32,580 nucleotides of DNA from the IMG/VR virus record IMGVR_UViG_3300024179_000009, positions 1-32,580 of that record, one strand, 5' to 3'. The translations under genes were made by a program, and so were the position numbers. This DNA comes from a virus. Taxonomy: Duplodnaviria; Caudoviricetes. Shown here one piece after another: positions 1 through 7,616 of this stretch. The notes below the pieces were generated by a model. That model ran no database searches, had not been told where the DNA came from, and saw only the letters and a list, made by a program, of their open reading frames with translations. Numbering within the stretch: the stretch's first letter is position 1; every line of letters starts with the position of its first letter.

Positions 1-387
1 GTCGTTCGATGTCTGGCTCACCTGGCGGATCGTATTGTGCTGGCTGTCCCGCAACTCCTCCATGAGATAGCCGTAATTGGCCTCATCAGAGCGCCAATCG
101 AGAACCTTCTGGTCCGCATAATCGAGAAAAGTCCGGCGGCGCGGCCCGGTCCATTGCGCCCATCCGTAGCCGCCTTGTCCCTCAGGCTGACCGATCTCGT
201 GGAGCTTCGTGAACCCGGCGCTCTCGAAGCCGAGGTTGCCGACGATCCCCGCGGCCTGGAACGGCTGAAGGTTGAAGTTGGCCGCAAGCCGCTTCACCAG
301 CCAGCCGCCGCGCTCCTCCCATGTGTGCGATGCGTCGGGCATGTCGAAGGCCGGAGGGCCGGCCGGCACAATCCTCGCCGGGGTCAT
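1..387 (-). CDS. Endolysin / phage tail-lysozyme-family (Phage_lysozyme2-like) muramidase, 3' end runs off the window
   Basis: Not in the ORF track (open at edge). Manual translation from ATG 387: MTPARIVPAG...FQAAGIVGNLGFESAGF...GGYGWAQWTGPRR...; the AAGIxGNxxxES and GYGxAQWT motifs are typical of this family. ATGA overlap with the upstream gene. Confidence 0.85.
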   Translation of the reverse strand, partial: MTPARIVPAGPPAFDMPDASHTWEERGGWLVKRLAANFNLQPFQAAGIVGNLGFESAGFTKLHEIGQPEGQGGYGWAQWTGPRRRTFLDYADQKVLDWRSDEANYGYLMEELRDSQHNTIRQVSQTSND

Positions 388-662
388 TTGATATTCGATC
401 CTTTCAATCTCGACTCAAGCTCACCCGTCGTCGGGCGCGTCGATTCCAGCACCTTTATCCGATCCTCAAGCCGGTCGTCATCGCGACGCGATTGATCCAT
501 TGATTGCAGGATGCCTGAGCGCATCCTGTCTATTTCAGCCCGCACGGCATTGCGGAACTCTTCATGCTCGCGGATCGACAGCGACTTGTCGAAGGCGCGC
601 GACAGGACGCCGATACCCGCCACCAGCAACGCCCCGATCGCTATGACTGCTTGCCAATCCAT
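384..662 (-). CDS. Single N-terminal TM plus coiled-coil protein (holin-like or i-spanin-like)
   Basis: MDWQAVIAIGALLVAGIGVLSR hydrophobic helix followed by a charged helical region; directly upstream of the endolysin. Confidence 0.6.
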   Translation of the reverse strand: MDWQAVIAIGALLVAGIGVLSRAFDKSLSIREHEEFRNAVRAEIDRMRSGILQSMDQSRRDDDRLEDRIKVLESTRPTTGELESRLKGSNIK

Positions 663-764
663 TCATGGATACGCCCATAGCCGCTGCCACGCGCGGTTGA
701 AACGACGCCTGAGACGCATCGAACGCCCCCATATCGGCCAACGGCGGCGGCGACGCAGGCACAT
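663..764 (-). CDS. 33-aa Arg/Trp-rich cationic peptide (candidate lysis accessory)
   Basis: Manual translation MCLRRRRRWPIWGRSMRLRRRFNRAWQRLWAYP; GGGGA upstream; stop directly abuts the ATG of 384..662. Confidence 0.4.
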   Translation of the reverse strand: MCLRRRRRWPIWGRSMRLRRRFNRAWQRLWAYP

Positions 765-768
765 CAGG

Positions 769-915
769 TCATCCCCGGTTCATCATCCGGCCAACATTGC
801 AGATGAAATAGACCTCGCCAAGCGCAACGCCTCCTGGCGGCGGCGGAACCACACCGGCCGGCCCCCAATATCGCGGGCCGAAGTATCGCGCGCCGAAATA
901 ACGATGGCCGAACAC
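769..915 (-). CDS. 48-aa small protein with (F/W)GxRY repeats, probably virion-associated
   Basis: Manual translation from GTG 915: MFGHRYFGARYFGPRYWGPAGVVPPPPGGVALGEVYFICNVGRMMNRG; starts 2 nt after the stop of the upstream gene. Confidence 0.6.
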   Translation of the reverse strand: MFGHRYFGARYFGPRYWGPAGVVPPPPGGVALGEVYFICNVGRMMNRG

Positions 916-916
916 A

Positions 917-1420
917 TCACGCAGCTATTGCCGCCGCAATCCTCGCCTGCCGATCAGCCAGCGCGCGCTCCGCCCTCGAAACCACCGCCTCGCGCTCATC
1001 GAGTGAGGCCATCCGTGCATCGAGGCCCGTCTTCAGCACGCCCTGTGCCGTTCTGATCTTGTCGACATCGGCCTCTGCGGCAGCCACCGCGGCCTCGCGC
1101 TGAGCAAGCGCCTGCCGCGCCACGCCAGCATCGGCAACAGCCGCATTTGCCGCTGCCAGCGCCGTGTCGGCCTTCGCCTGCGCTGCGGCTGCCGCTCCGG
1201 CTCGACCCGCCGCTGCCGCTTCCCTTGCCGTTATCGCTTCCTCGGCGTTCTTGACGGCAGCCTCGCGCGCATCCAAGTCCGCGGCCTTTGCATCAAGCGC
1301 AGCCTGAGCTTGGGCGATTTCCTCCAGCACCGTCTTTGCTTTGGTCGGATCGGAAATAGTCGCCAGCAGCGATAGGGCCTTGTCCATCTCCCCCGCCTGG
1401 GGCGCAGTTGCGCTCATCAT
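917..1420 (-). CDS. Ala-rich coiled-coil protein, function unknown
   Basis: AAGGAG SD before ATG 1420; long heptad-like Ala/Glu/Arg runs. Confidence 0.75.
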   Translation of the reverse strand: MMSATAPQAGEMDKALSLLATISDPTKAKTVLEEIAQAQAALDAKAADLDAREAAVKNAEEAITAREAAAAGRAGAAAAAQAKADTALAAANAAVADAGVARQALAQREAAVAAAEADVDKIRTAQGVLKTGLDARMASLDEREAVVSRAERALADRQARIAAAIAA

Positions 1421-1431
1421 TGGCCCGCTCC

Positions 1432-1734
1432 TTACGTGTTCGTGATGACGGCGACTTTCTGGCCGGCGGCGACGCCCCAAAACTCGGTCTGGCCCGCGAC
1501 CATTCTCGCGTCGCTGGTTGTCGCCACAGGATCGAGCCCGAATGCCACCGAGCAAATCGCATCGGTGTGCGCTCGGATGAATCTTGTCGTCGATTGAAAG
1601 GCCGCCGATTGCGCGCTCGTCCCGCTGATCGAGATTTTCTGGGTCGCGATGGACGGTTCCTGCCCAACCGGGACAGCCGAACCGTTGTAGTCGATGGGCT
1701 GTGCCCGGTACTCGGAGATGTAAAGCGATGCCAT
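1432..1734 (-). CDS. Small beta-rich virion protein (putative)
   Basis: AGAGGG SD; 100 aa, MASLYISEY...FIRAHTDAICSVAFGLDPVAT...; lies in the structural operon. Confidence 0.7.
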   Translation of the reverse strand: MASLYISEYRAQPIDYNGSAVPVGQEPSIATQKISISGTSAQSAAFQSTTRFIRAHTDAICSVAFGLDPVATTSDARMVAGQTEFWGVAAGQKVAVITNT

Positions 1735-1745
1735 CAGCGCCCTCT

Positions 1746-2750
1746 TTAGGTCGAGTTCAGCGTCACCGCCGTCCGGTCGCCCGACGCATCCACGGTCGCC
1801 GTAATCCGATCAACCGTATCGTTTGTATCGCGGAAAGTCACGGTTGTCGTAGAGAGGCCGGCAGCCTTCCCATAGAGCGCCGCGGCGGCGAGCCGCAACT
1901 GTTGCCGAACCGTCAGATTCGCCTCGACCCCGGCCGCTTGGTCCAGTAGCTCGGTTGCGTTCTGCGCCGCGGTCGGCACGGCGGCCGTGACGCTTGCCTT
2001 CATGGCAGCCGTCAGGTCGCCATTCGTTGGCGCATTCGTCAGGTTCGTGACCGTCGTAACAGTCGTAACCGTCCCGACATTCGTAATCGTGCCCGCCGTT
2101 ATGTTCGTCGGGCTTGCGACTGAACTTGGGAAGGTCACACCCGCAGCGGCCGTCACGGTCTGCCCGGCCAACTCATCGGTGTTCGCGGTGACCCTGTTCG
2201 TTACGCTCGTGACCGTCCCAACGTTCGTAATAGTCCCCGCTGTAATGTTCGTCGGACTCGCGACCGAGGAGGGGAAAGTCACCCCGGCTGCCGCGGTCAC
2301 GGTCTGCCCGTTAAGCTGATCGGTGTTCGCCGTCACCCGGCTCGTGACCGATCCGACCGCGCCGGTCACGCTCCCGACGCTCGTAATCGTACCGGCGGTG
2401 ATGTTAGTCGGGGTCGCAAGAGTGCTGCTTGCTACGTCGAGGTTGGTAGCGCCGCCTGTCGTCGCACTGATGACCGTGAGCGCGATCCCAACATCGTTGA
2501 TGCTGGCGTTCGTACCCCGCACCGCGAGTCGCCCGAGGGTCGCGGTATCCGTCGAGTCCAAGACCACGAAATACCAGCCGTTTCCGATCTCGGTCGCGTT
2601 CGTCGCGACGTGCATAGCGCCGAACGAGGTCGCGCCATTCTTCGAGATAGTCATGGCAATGGTTAGGCCGGTTGCCTCGGCCCCGGTCGTCGTCAAGAAC
2701 GCCTTAAACGCGAGTTCGTAACTGGTTGATTGGGCAATGCGCTCGGCCAT
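1746..2750 (-). CDS. Thr/Ala/Val-rich fibre or appendage protein with internal 48-aa repeats
   Basis: N-terminal segment with EIGNGWY motif, tandem repeats, C-terminal TFRDTNDTVDRITATVDASGDRT. Confidence 0.75.
   Translation of the reverse strand: MAERIAQSTSYELAFKAFLTTTGAEATGLTIAMTISKNGATSFGAMHVATNATEIGNGWYFVVLDSTDTATLGRLAVRGTNASINDVGIALTVISATTGGATNLDVASSTLATPTNITAGTITSVGSVTGAVGSVTSRVTANTDQLNGQTVTAAAGVTFPSSVASPTNITAGTITNVGTVTSVTNRVTANTDELAGQTVTAAAGVTFPSSVASPTNITAGTITNVGTVTTVTTVTNLTNAPTNGDLTAAMKASVTAAVPTAAQNATELLDQAAGVEANLTVRQQLRLAAAALYGKAAGLSTTTVTFRDTNDTVDRITATVDASGDRTAVTLNST
2062..2420 (-). repeat. 144-nt (48-aa) tandem coding repeat, about 2.4 copies
   Basis: RVTANTD(Q/E)LxGQTVTAAAGVTFPSSVASPTNITAGTITNVGTVT occurs twice plus a partial copy; ggtctgcccg at 2157 and 2301 (144 apart). 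Confidence 0.9.
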
Positions 2751-3593
2751 CTACGTCATCCCCGACCAGCCGCGAGAACGGGTCATCGTCGGCGGGGTGA
2801 TCGTGATCCCCGAGTTGTTGCCAAGGTTAAATGAGTTCCCCGCTCTAAAGGTGGCCCCGCCTCCAAACACCATATTTCTTATAACCGTGTAACTAATAGT
2901 AATAGTACCAGCCGCCGCGTTTATAGTTGCCTGGGAAGCGCTGGAGGCATCTATAAAATTGACACTCCCAGGAGATCCATTACTGTTTAATGCCGTAACA
3001 GTTTGCGTTACTAACGCAGTCAAAGATAAATTAAATGGCGCAACCAAAGTCAACGCTGCGAAAGTGTTAGCTCCGCTGATTAGCGCTCCTGTGGCACCGG
3101 AGGTATTTGGGCCAAATGAAACGGTGCTATAGGTCAAGCCACCGCCCGCGAATGTTCTAACAGCGTTCCCAACCCCCGTAAAACTTATTGTTGAACCGTT
3201 GGCGTTGAAGGTAAGGCCCGTCGTCGTCGCCATGTTCCATGGTGTAGAAGTGCCGGTTGTGCTTATTGTCCATAAGCCATTCCCAAGGTTTATTGTTCTA
3301 GTTGCAGTCCCCGAACCATTAAATCCGCCATTGGCGCTTAATGTTACATTATTGTTGTTCACGCTGAAATCCAGCGTTCCGGTAAAGGCGCCGCATGTGA
3401 TCGACTGGCAGGAGATGTTTCCAATGACAGTGACGGTTCCACCGCCAGAATTGCCGTCAAAGGTTGCTGTGTCGTTGACCCCAGGGCCACTAGCCGGTAT
3501 TCCAACACCGTTAGTCGCCGTTCCCCAATGTGCTGACGGAGCCGTTGTACCGTCCCAGTTTCCGGTACCTCCCGCCCAAAATCTAGCTGCCAT
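2751..3593 (-). CDS. Beta-helix-type tailspike/adhesin-like virion protein
   Basis: RFWAGGTGNW...HW...P...DTATFDGNSGGGTVT N-terminus and Gly/Asn/Thr-rich beta-solenoid pattern; lower GC than its flanks. Confidence 0.7.
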   Translation of the reverse strand: MAARFWAGGTGNWDGTTAPSAHWGTATNGVGIPASGPGVNDTATFDGNSGGGTVTVIGNISCQSITCGAFTGTLDFSVNNNNVTLSANGGFNGSGTATRTINLGNGLWTISTTGTSTPWNMATTTGLTFNANGSTISFTGVGNAVRTFAGGGLTYSTVSFGPNTSGATGALISGANTFAALTLVAPFNLSLTALVTQTVTALNSNGSPGSVNFIDASSASQATINAAAGTITISYTVIRNMVFGGGATFRAGNSFNLGNNSGITITPPTMTRSRGWSGMT

Positions 3594-3596
3594 TAT

Positions 3597-3932
3597 TTAA
3601 GCAACCGAGAGAGGAGTTGCTACCATCACCGCTATCGCCGTTGTTTGAAGATCAGAGATCGTAGTATTTAAGTCTGCTATCTGTTGTTGGTATTCCGCGA
3701 TCTTGGCGTCGATCCCTTCCTTCGTAGCAAGCGCTTGTTCCTCAGCGATCTGCGGTGTACGGAATGCCACCCACGTATCGGCGAGTTGCTGCTTTGCCTT
3801 CGCTATCGCGTCGGGATCACGCTTCGCCCATTCGTCCTCGGAAAAGCTGAGCGTGTCTTGATAGAGGCCGAGCGTTGTCATCACCCCGAAGCGGAGGTTG
3901 ACGGTCACGACATCGGGTGGGAGATCGCTCAC
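3597..3932 (-). CDS. Hypothetical protein, possible tail-fibre chaperone
   Basis: GTG 3932 in a GTGA overlap with the upstream stop; 111 aa with a C-terminal coiled coil; precedes the spike gene. Confidence 0.6.
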   Translation of the reverse strand: MSDLPPDVVTVNLRFGVMTTLGLYQDTLSFSEDEWAKRDPDAIAKAKQQLADTWVAFRTPQIAEEQALATKEGIDAKIAEYQQQIADLNTTISDLQTTAIAVMVATPLSVA

Positions 3933-4108
3933 CCGCGTCTCCGCTTCGCTGGCTTCATACCCTTGGCCGTGGTTTTGCTGCCCCGCTTGAGCCCGATCTT
4001 GTTGAGCGTGCCGTAGACCGCGCCCGGATTGCCGGGATATTCGCGCTTCAGCTTGGACTCGACATCGGCGACCGCCGTCTTGCGTCCGCTCTTGGTGCGC
4101 TTGGGCAT
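3929..4108 (-). CDS. Small basic protein (59 aa)
   Basis: GAGAGG SD before ATG 4108; MPKRTKSGRK...AVYGTLNKIGLKRG. Confidence 0.65.
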   Translation of the reverse strand: MPKRTKSGRKTAVADVESKLKREYPGNPGAVYGTLNKIGLKRGSKTTAKGMKPAKRRRG

Positions 4109-4187
4109 CTTGCGCCTCTCCGTGATCCCGGCAAATGACGAGCTTGTTTGCATGGTTTCGGTATGGGCGCACGGGCATAATAAGTCA

Positions 4188-5129
4188 ATGATCGTGCCAG
4201 CCTTCCTCGCCTTCGCCGCCGCCGTTGGCCTCGCCGACCTGGCCGGGCCAGGGCATCAATGGGGCGGCCTTGCGCTGCTGACAGGGTGGTTCCTCAGCGC
4301 CCGGCTGCTGCCGATGCGCGCCTGGCGCGGGATCCTGACGGCGGCGCTCGCCCTCTCGGTCGCCATCGCCGTGCTCGCCGTCGTGCAGATGTGGTGGTTG
4401 CCTCGGGCACGCGGTCCGTTCTCAAGTCCCAATTTCCTCGGAGCGTATTCCGTGCTAATGCTCTTTCTGGCGATGGGTCGCGGGTGGGCAGTCAATCCGG
4501 CCGCTTCAAGCCGTTCGAGTCGGCATGGCCCTTGGGCCAATCTGCATCAGGCTATCAAGAGTGGCGTTCCGGCCCTCGCCAACCTCCTCTCCCTCGCGCT
4601 CAGCCAGAGCCGCGGCGCGATCCTCGCCCTCGGCGCAGGGCTGTTTGTCTTATTGGTACGAAAAAGACAAACCGCCGCTGCCTTTTGTATTTTAATTTTG
4701 GGATCGATATTTGCATTCGTGCTGATCCGCCCCGGTGTCGACGAAGCACGATGGGAGATCTGGCGGTTAGGCTGGCAGGCGGCGATGCTGCGCCCCGTCA
4801 CCGGCTGGGGACAGGGCGGCCTCGTCATCGGCGGCCTCGATGTCTTCTACTCGATCCCGCTGGAAATGTTCATCGAGAGCGGCATCCTCGGCGTCGCGGC
4901 TGGGACATGGCTGCTCATTGCGGCATGGCGGGGCAGGACGCGACCCTTCCTCACCGCATGGTTCGTGCAGGGCCTGTTCCTGTTCTCGATTCCCGCGACG
5001 AACGTGCTGCTCGTCACGGTGCTGGCGTACCTCGCCTCAGAACACCGGAATGTAGCCGACCGTGCCCGCGGGGTTGATGACGACGAGCCAGCGCTGAACG
5101 GTCGTGTGCGAGCCGGCGGGGCCGATTGA
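4188..5129 (+). CDS. O-antigen ligase (WaaL/Wzy_C)-family membrane protein with an altered catalytic motif
   Basis: Motifs RARGPFSSPNFLG, SQSRGA, RWEIW...RPVTGWGQG and LEMFIESGILG in the expected order; many TM helices; CATAAT 6 nt before ATG 4188 suggests a leaderless mRNA. Confidence 0.8.
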   Translation: MIVPAFLAFAAAVGLADLAGPGHQWGGLALLTGWFLSARLLPMRAWRGILTAALALSVAIAVLAVVQMWWLPRARGPFSSPNFLGAYSVLMLFLAMGRGWAVNPAASSRSSRHGPWANLHQAIKSGVPALANLLSLALSQSRGAILALGAGLFVLLVRKRQTAAAFCILILGSIFAFVLIRPGVDEARWEIWRLGWQAAMLRPVTGWGQGGLVIGGLDVFYSIPLEMFIESGILGVAAGTWLLIAAWRGRTRPFLTAWFVQGLFLFSIPATNVLLVTVLAYLASEHRNVADRARGVDDDEPALNGRVRAGGAD

Positions 5130-5354
5130 TCCGAGCGAGGTCGCCACATTGCTGTTCACGACGAAGGATTGCCCGCCGACCAGTTGCAGCTCGCCCTGGC
5201 TGACGAAGCCGAACCAGTTGAGGAAGCGCGCGTTGAGCGCCGCGGCGAAGTCGGGGAAGCTCCCCGCGGTCGGGCCGGTGATCGGAGCCGCATAAGCCAA
5301 GCCCCCCACCGCCATCAACGCCGCGCCGATCGCCAGGTGCCGCCAGTTTTTCAT
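5037..5354 (-). CDS. Signal-peptide protein with a tail-fibre-like C-terminal motif
   Basis: GGAGGG SD; MKNWRHLAIGAALMAVGGLAYA/ signal peptide; ends WLVVINPAGTVGYIPVF; overlaps the 3' end of the WaaL-like gene convergently by 93 nt. Confidence 0.75.
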   Translation of the reverse strand: MKNWRHLAIGAALMAVGGLAYAAPITGPTAGSFPDFAAALNARFLNWFGFVSQGELQLVGGQSFVVNSNVATSLGSIGPAGSHTTVQRWLVVINPAGTVGYIPVF

Positions 5355-5379
5355 CGTGCCGCCCTCCAAGGTTATGCCG

Positions 5380-6333
5380 CTATACCACAGCGCGGCCCCG
5401 TCTCCAAACCTCTCCGTCAATCAGGAAGTGCGCCTGGCTGGCCCCGTAGGTCAAGGCTGAGAACGCGAGGAGTGCGCCGGCGCTGTAGAGCCCGGTCAAG
5501 AGCGCCCACAGCCCGAGCGCATACCCGGCCGCAACCGCGAGCTCGACCCAGCCACGGCGGCCGGAAACCCAGGCGACCATGATGAGATATTGGAACGGAT
5601 GCGCGAACCACGTCAGCGCCACCGCCGGATTCGTGCTGATAACGGTCGGCAGCCAGAACGCGAGGCCAAGGAAAAGGGCTGTGGGCCGGCTCCAATACCG
5701 GCAGGAGGCTACTGTTTGGATTTCAGCCCCACCGTTGCACTCTGCGCCCTGGGACACGACGCTACGGGTTCTCCCCGCCGCCACAGCCTCTCTATAATAA
5801 CCGACCGTAAGGCAAATGAACAACAATACGGCATAGGCCATCAGCAACAGGGAAAGCACCCGTAGGAAGGCCGCGGCGTCCGGGGCGAGGGCATCGGGGA
5901 TGTAGAGCGTTAGCATCGCCGGCATCGCCGCCACGGCCAAGAGATCGAAGAAGAACCGCTCGGCCTCGCTCGCGCCGCCCGCGACTAGCGCATAGAGCCC
6001 GAAATTCTGCCGTCCCAGGTGCCACATGAGCCAGATGTAATGCACCGCGAGATAGGGCCAGAACCCGGCCGGATCGAGCGCAAACACCGCCGCCGCGAGC
6101 GCGATGAAGCCGAGCGGCACCCAGATCATCCGGCGGCGGTCGTGCTCCTCGGTATAGAAGAACCCGGTCGAGCCGGTGTGCGCCATGCCGAGGAAGCCCA
6201 TGCCGGCCATGATCCATGCCGGCTGGACCGTGAAATCGAACCCGGCGACAAGGATGACGGGAACGGCGGTCGGGATCGTCGAGGCGAGGAGGAGCGCCCA
6301 GAGGAGGCTATTTGGCGGGCGCGGCATTGCCAC
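5380..6333 (-). CDS. Polytopic membrane protein with four His motifs (putative metal-dependent enzyme)
   Basis: AHTGST...Y, WLMWHLGRQNFG, AHPFQY and AHFLIDGEVW, each at or in a TM helix. Confidence 0.75.
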   Translation of the reverse strand: MAMPRPPNSLLWALLLASTIPTAVPVILVAGFDFTVQPAWIMAGMGFLGMAHTGSTGFFYTEEHDRRRMIWVPLGFIALAAAVFALDPAGFWPYLAVHYIWLMWHLGRQNFGLYALVAGGASEAERFFFDLLAVAAMPAMLTLYIPDALAPDAAAFLRVLSLLLMAYAVLLFICLTVGYYREAVAAGRTRSVVSQGAECNGGAEIQTVASCRYWSRPTALFLGLAFWLPTVISTNPAVALTWFAHPFQYLIMVAWVSGRRGWVELAVAAGYALGLWALLTGLYSAGALLAFSALTYGASQAHFLIDGEVWRRGRAVV

Positions 6334-6517
6334 ATGCCGCGAGGCCGATGGTCTCGGCGATCTTCAACTGCGCCTCGGCAAGCTCCGCCTTGAGCCGGTC
6401 GACCTCGACCGTGAGGCGCCCCACGGTAACGAGCATCTGCTCCTCGGCAGGTGCGGCCTCCACCGGAATGGACGCCTGGCAAAGAATCAAGAGCGCCACA
6501 GCAGTAACAATGCGCAT
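6308..6517 (-). CDS. Small signal-peptide coiled-coil protein
   Basis: MRIVTAVALLILCQASIPVEA/APAEEQ...LKAELAEAQLK; TAATG overlap with the upstream ORF. Confidence 0.6.
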   Translation of the reverse strand: MRIVTAVALLILCQASIPVEAAPAEEQMLVTVGRLTVEVDRLKAELAEAQLKIAETIGLAACGNAAPAK

Positions 6518-6648
6518 TACAGCACGCAGACCCGCATCGCTGCCACGCAAGGCAGGTGCAGCCGGGTTTGGGGCTGCTCGGGCATCGTGCGATAGCCATA
6601 TCCGATAGCCGTACCGAGCAGTACCGCAGCGGTAAACCGCAGAGTCAT
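6517..6648 (-). CDS. Small membrane-anchored hypothetical protein (43 aa)
   Basis: MTLRFTAAVLLGTAIGYGYR...; stop is coupled to the next start. Confidence 0.4.
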   Translation of the reverse strand: MTLRFTAAVLLGTAIGYGYRTMPEQPQTRLHLPCVAAMRVCVL

Positions 6649-6683
6649 ATAGGCGATCCGGCGATACTCGCCCCAGGTAATTA

Positions 6684-7616
6684 TCAACACGAGCCCCCTG
6701 TCCCATAGTAGACACGTTGGTTGTGGCAGAGTGCGACACGCGTTCCAAGCGTCCAAGCTACGTTATCTTCAAACCCACCTTCTCCGAATAACACAGTAGA
6801 GGTGTCACCTAAAGCGTTTAAGATTTGGGATTTCCCCGCAGATGGAGTACTCTGCGTCCCCGAGGTATCAACGCCGTCTATATTGATTAATGTATTGCCT
6901 GTACCAGTTATCAAAGAGCAATTTGCTGCATGCCATGTAGCGTCGGCTGCGACAGCAATATCTCCTGCACAATCCCACGCATTTGCTGCGTGAGCCAGTA
7001 TGTATCTAGCTACAGCAGGAACGACTAGCTCTATCTGTTGTGTGCCAGCAGAGCGATTTGCTACCGCTGAAATCGACGCGTTTGCGCTGGGAGTCGTATT
7101 ACCTACGCTTGCAAGTTCAGCGCCACCTTGAGAAGGACCGATCTGAATACACGGAAGCGTCCCACTCCCTCCGCATCCAGTTAGCAGCAGTAGTGGTTGA
7201 TTACCTGCCGTTGCTTGTAGTACGTCGCACGATCCTGTACAAGCGTTCCCACTAGATTGATCGTACACCTTCGACACACGCGCCGAAGACGCTCCGATCC
7301 ATGCAGTCACGGTCTGCGTGTTGCTATTACAGGGCGTCCCGACAGTGTAATCTACGTTACCATTGGTCCCTACGAGGACAGTGCATGTTGCGTTGTCACT
7401 GACTCTCCGTAGATCGCACGCTTTCTGCGTGCCTGTAGCGGCAATCGCTGCACTGTAGGCTCTAGTGCAACTATACCACGCCGTAAATGTCGCAATGTCA
7501 CCCGGGAATCCCGCCGTATGCTGCGGGGCATCCCAGACGATGCTCGATTGCATCTGTGCGAGAGCAGCCGCGCCCCACAGAATCAGGGCGGCGCAGATGG
7601 CGGAGAAGACGCGCAT
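6684..7616 (-). CDS. Signal-peptide, Cys-rich lectin-like protein (resembles the arabinofuranosidase-B catalytic / ConA-like fold seen in phage tail proteins)
   Basis: MRVFSAICAALILWGAAALA/Q signal; motifs AWYSxxRAY, LRRVSDNA, VSKVYDQS, QATAGNQP; 12 Cys in the mature part; TGATG coupling. Confidence 0.7.
   Translation of the reverse strand: MRVFSAICAALILWGAAALAQMQSSIVWDAPQHTAGFPGDIATFTAWYSCTRAYSAAIAATGTQKACDLRRVSDNATCTVLVGTNGNVDYTVGTPCNSNTQTVTAWIGASSARVSKVYDQSSGNACTGSCDVLQATAGNQPLLLLTGCGGSGTLPCIQIGPSQGGAELASVGNTTPSANASISAVANRSAGTQQIELVVPAVARYILAHAANAWDCAGDIAVAADATWHAANCSLITGTGNTLINIDGVDTSGTQSTPSAGKSQILNALGDTSTVLFGEGGFEDNVAWTLGTRVALCHNQRVYYGTGGSC

Noticed and set aside
2062-2420. DGR template/variable repeat pair
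   Set aside because: Copies are tandem and in frame, differences are mostly synonymous rather than adenine-specific, and no reverse transcriptase is present.
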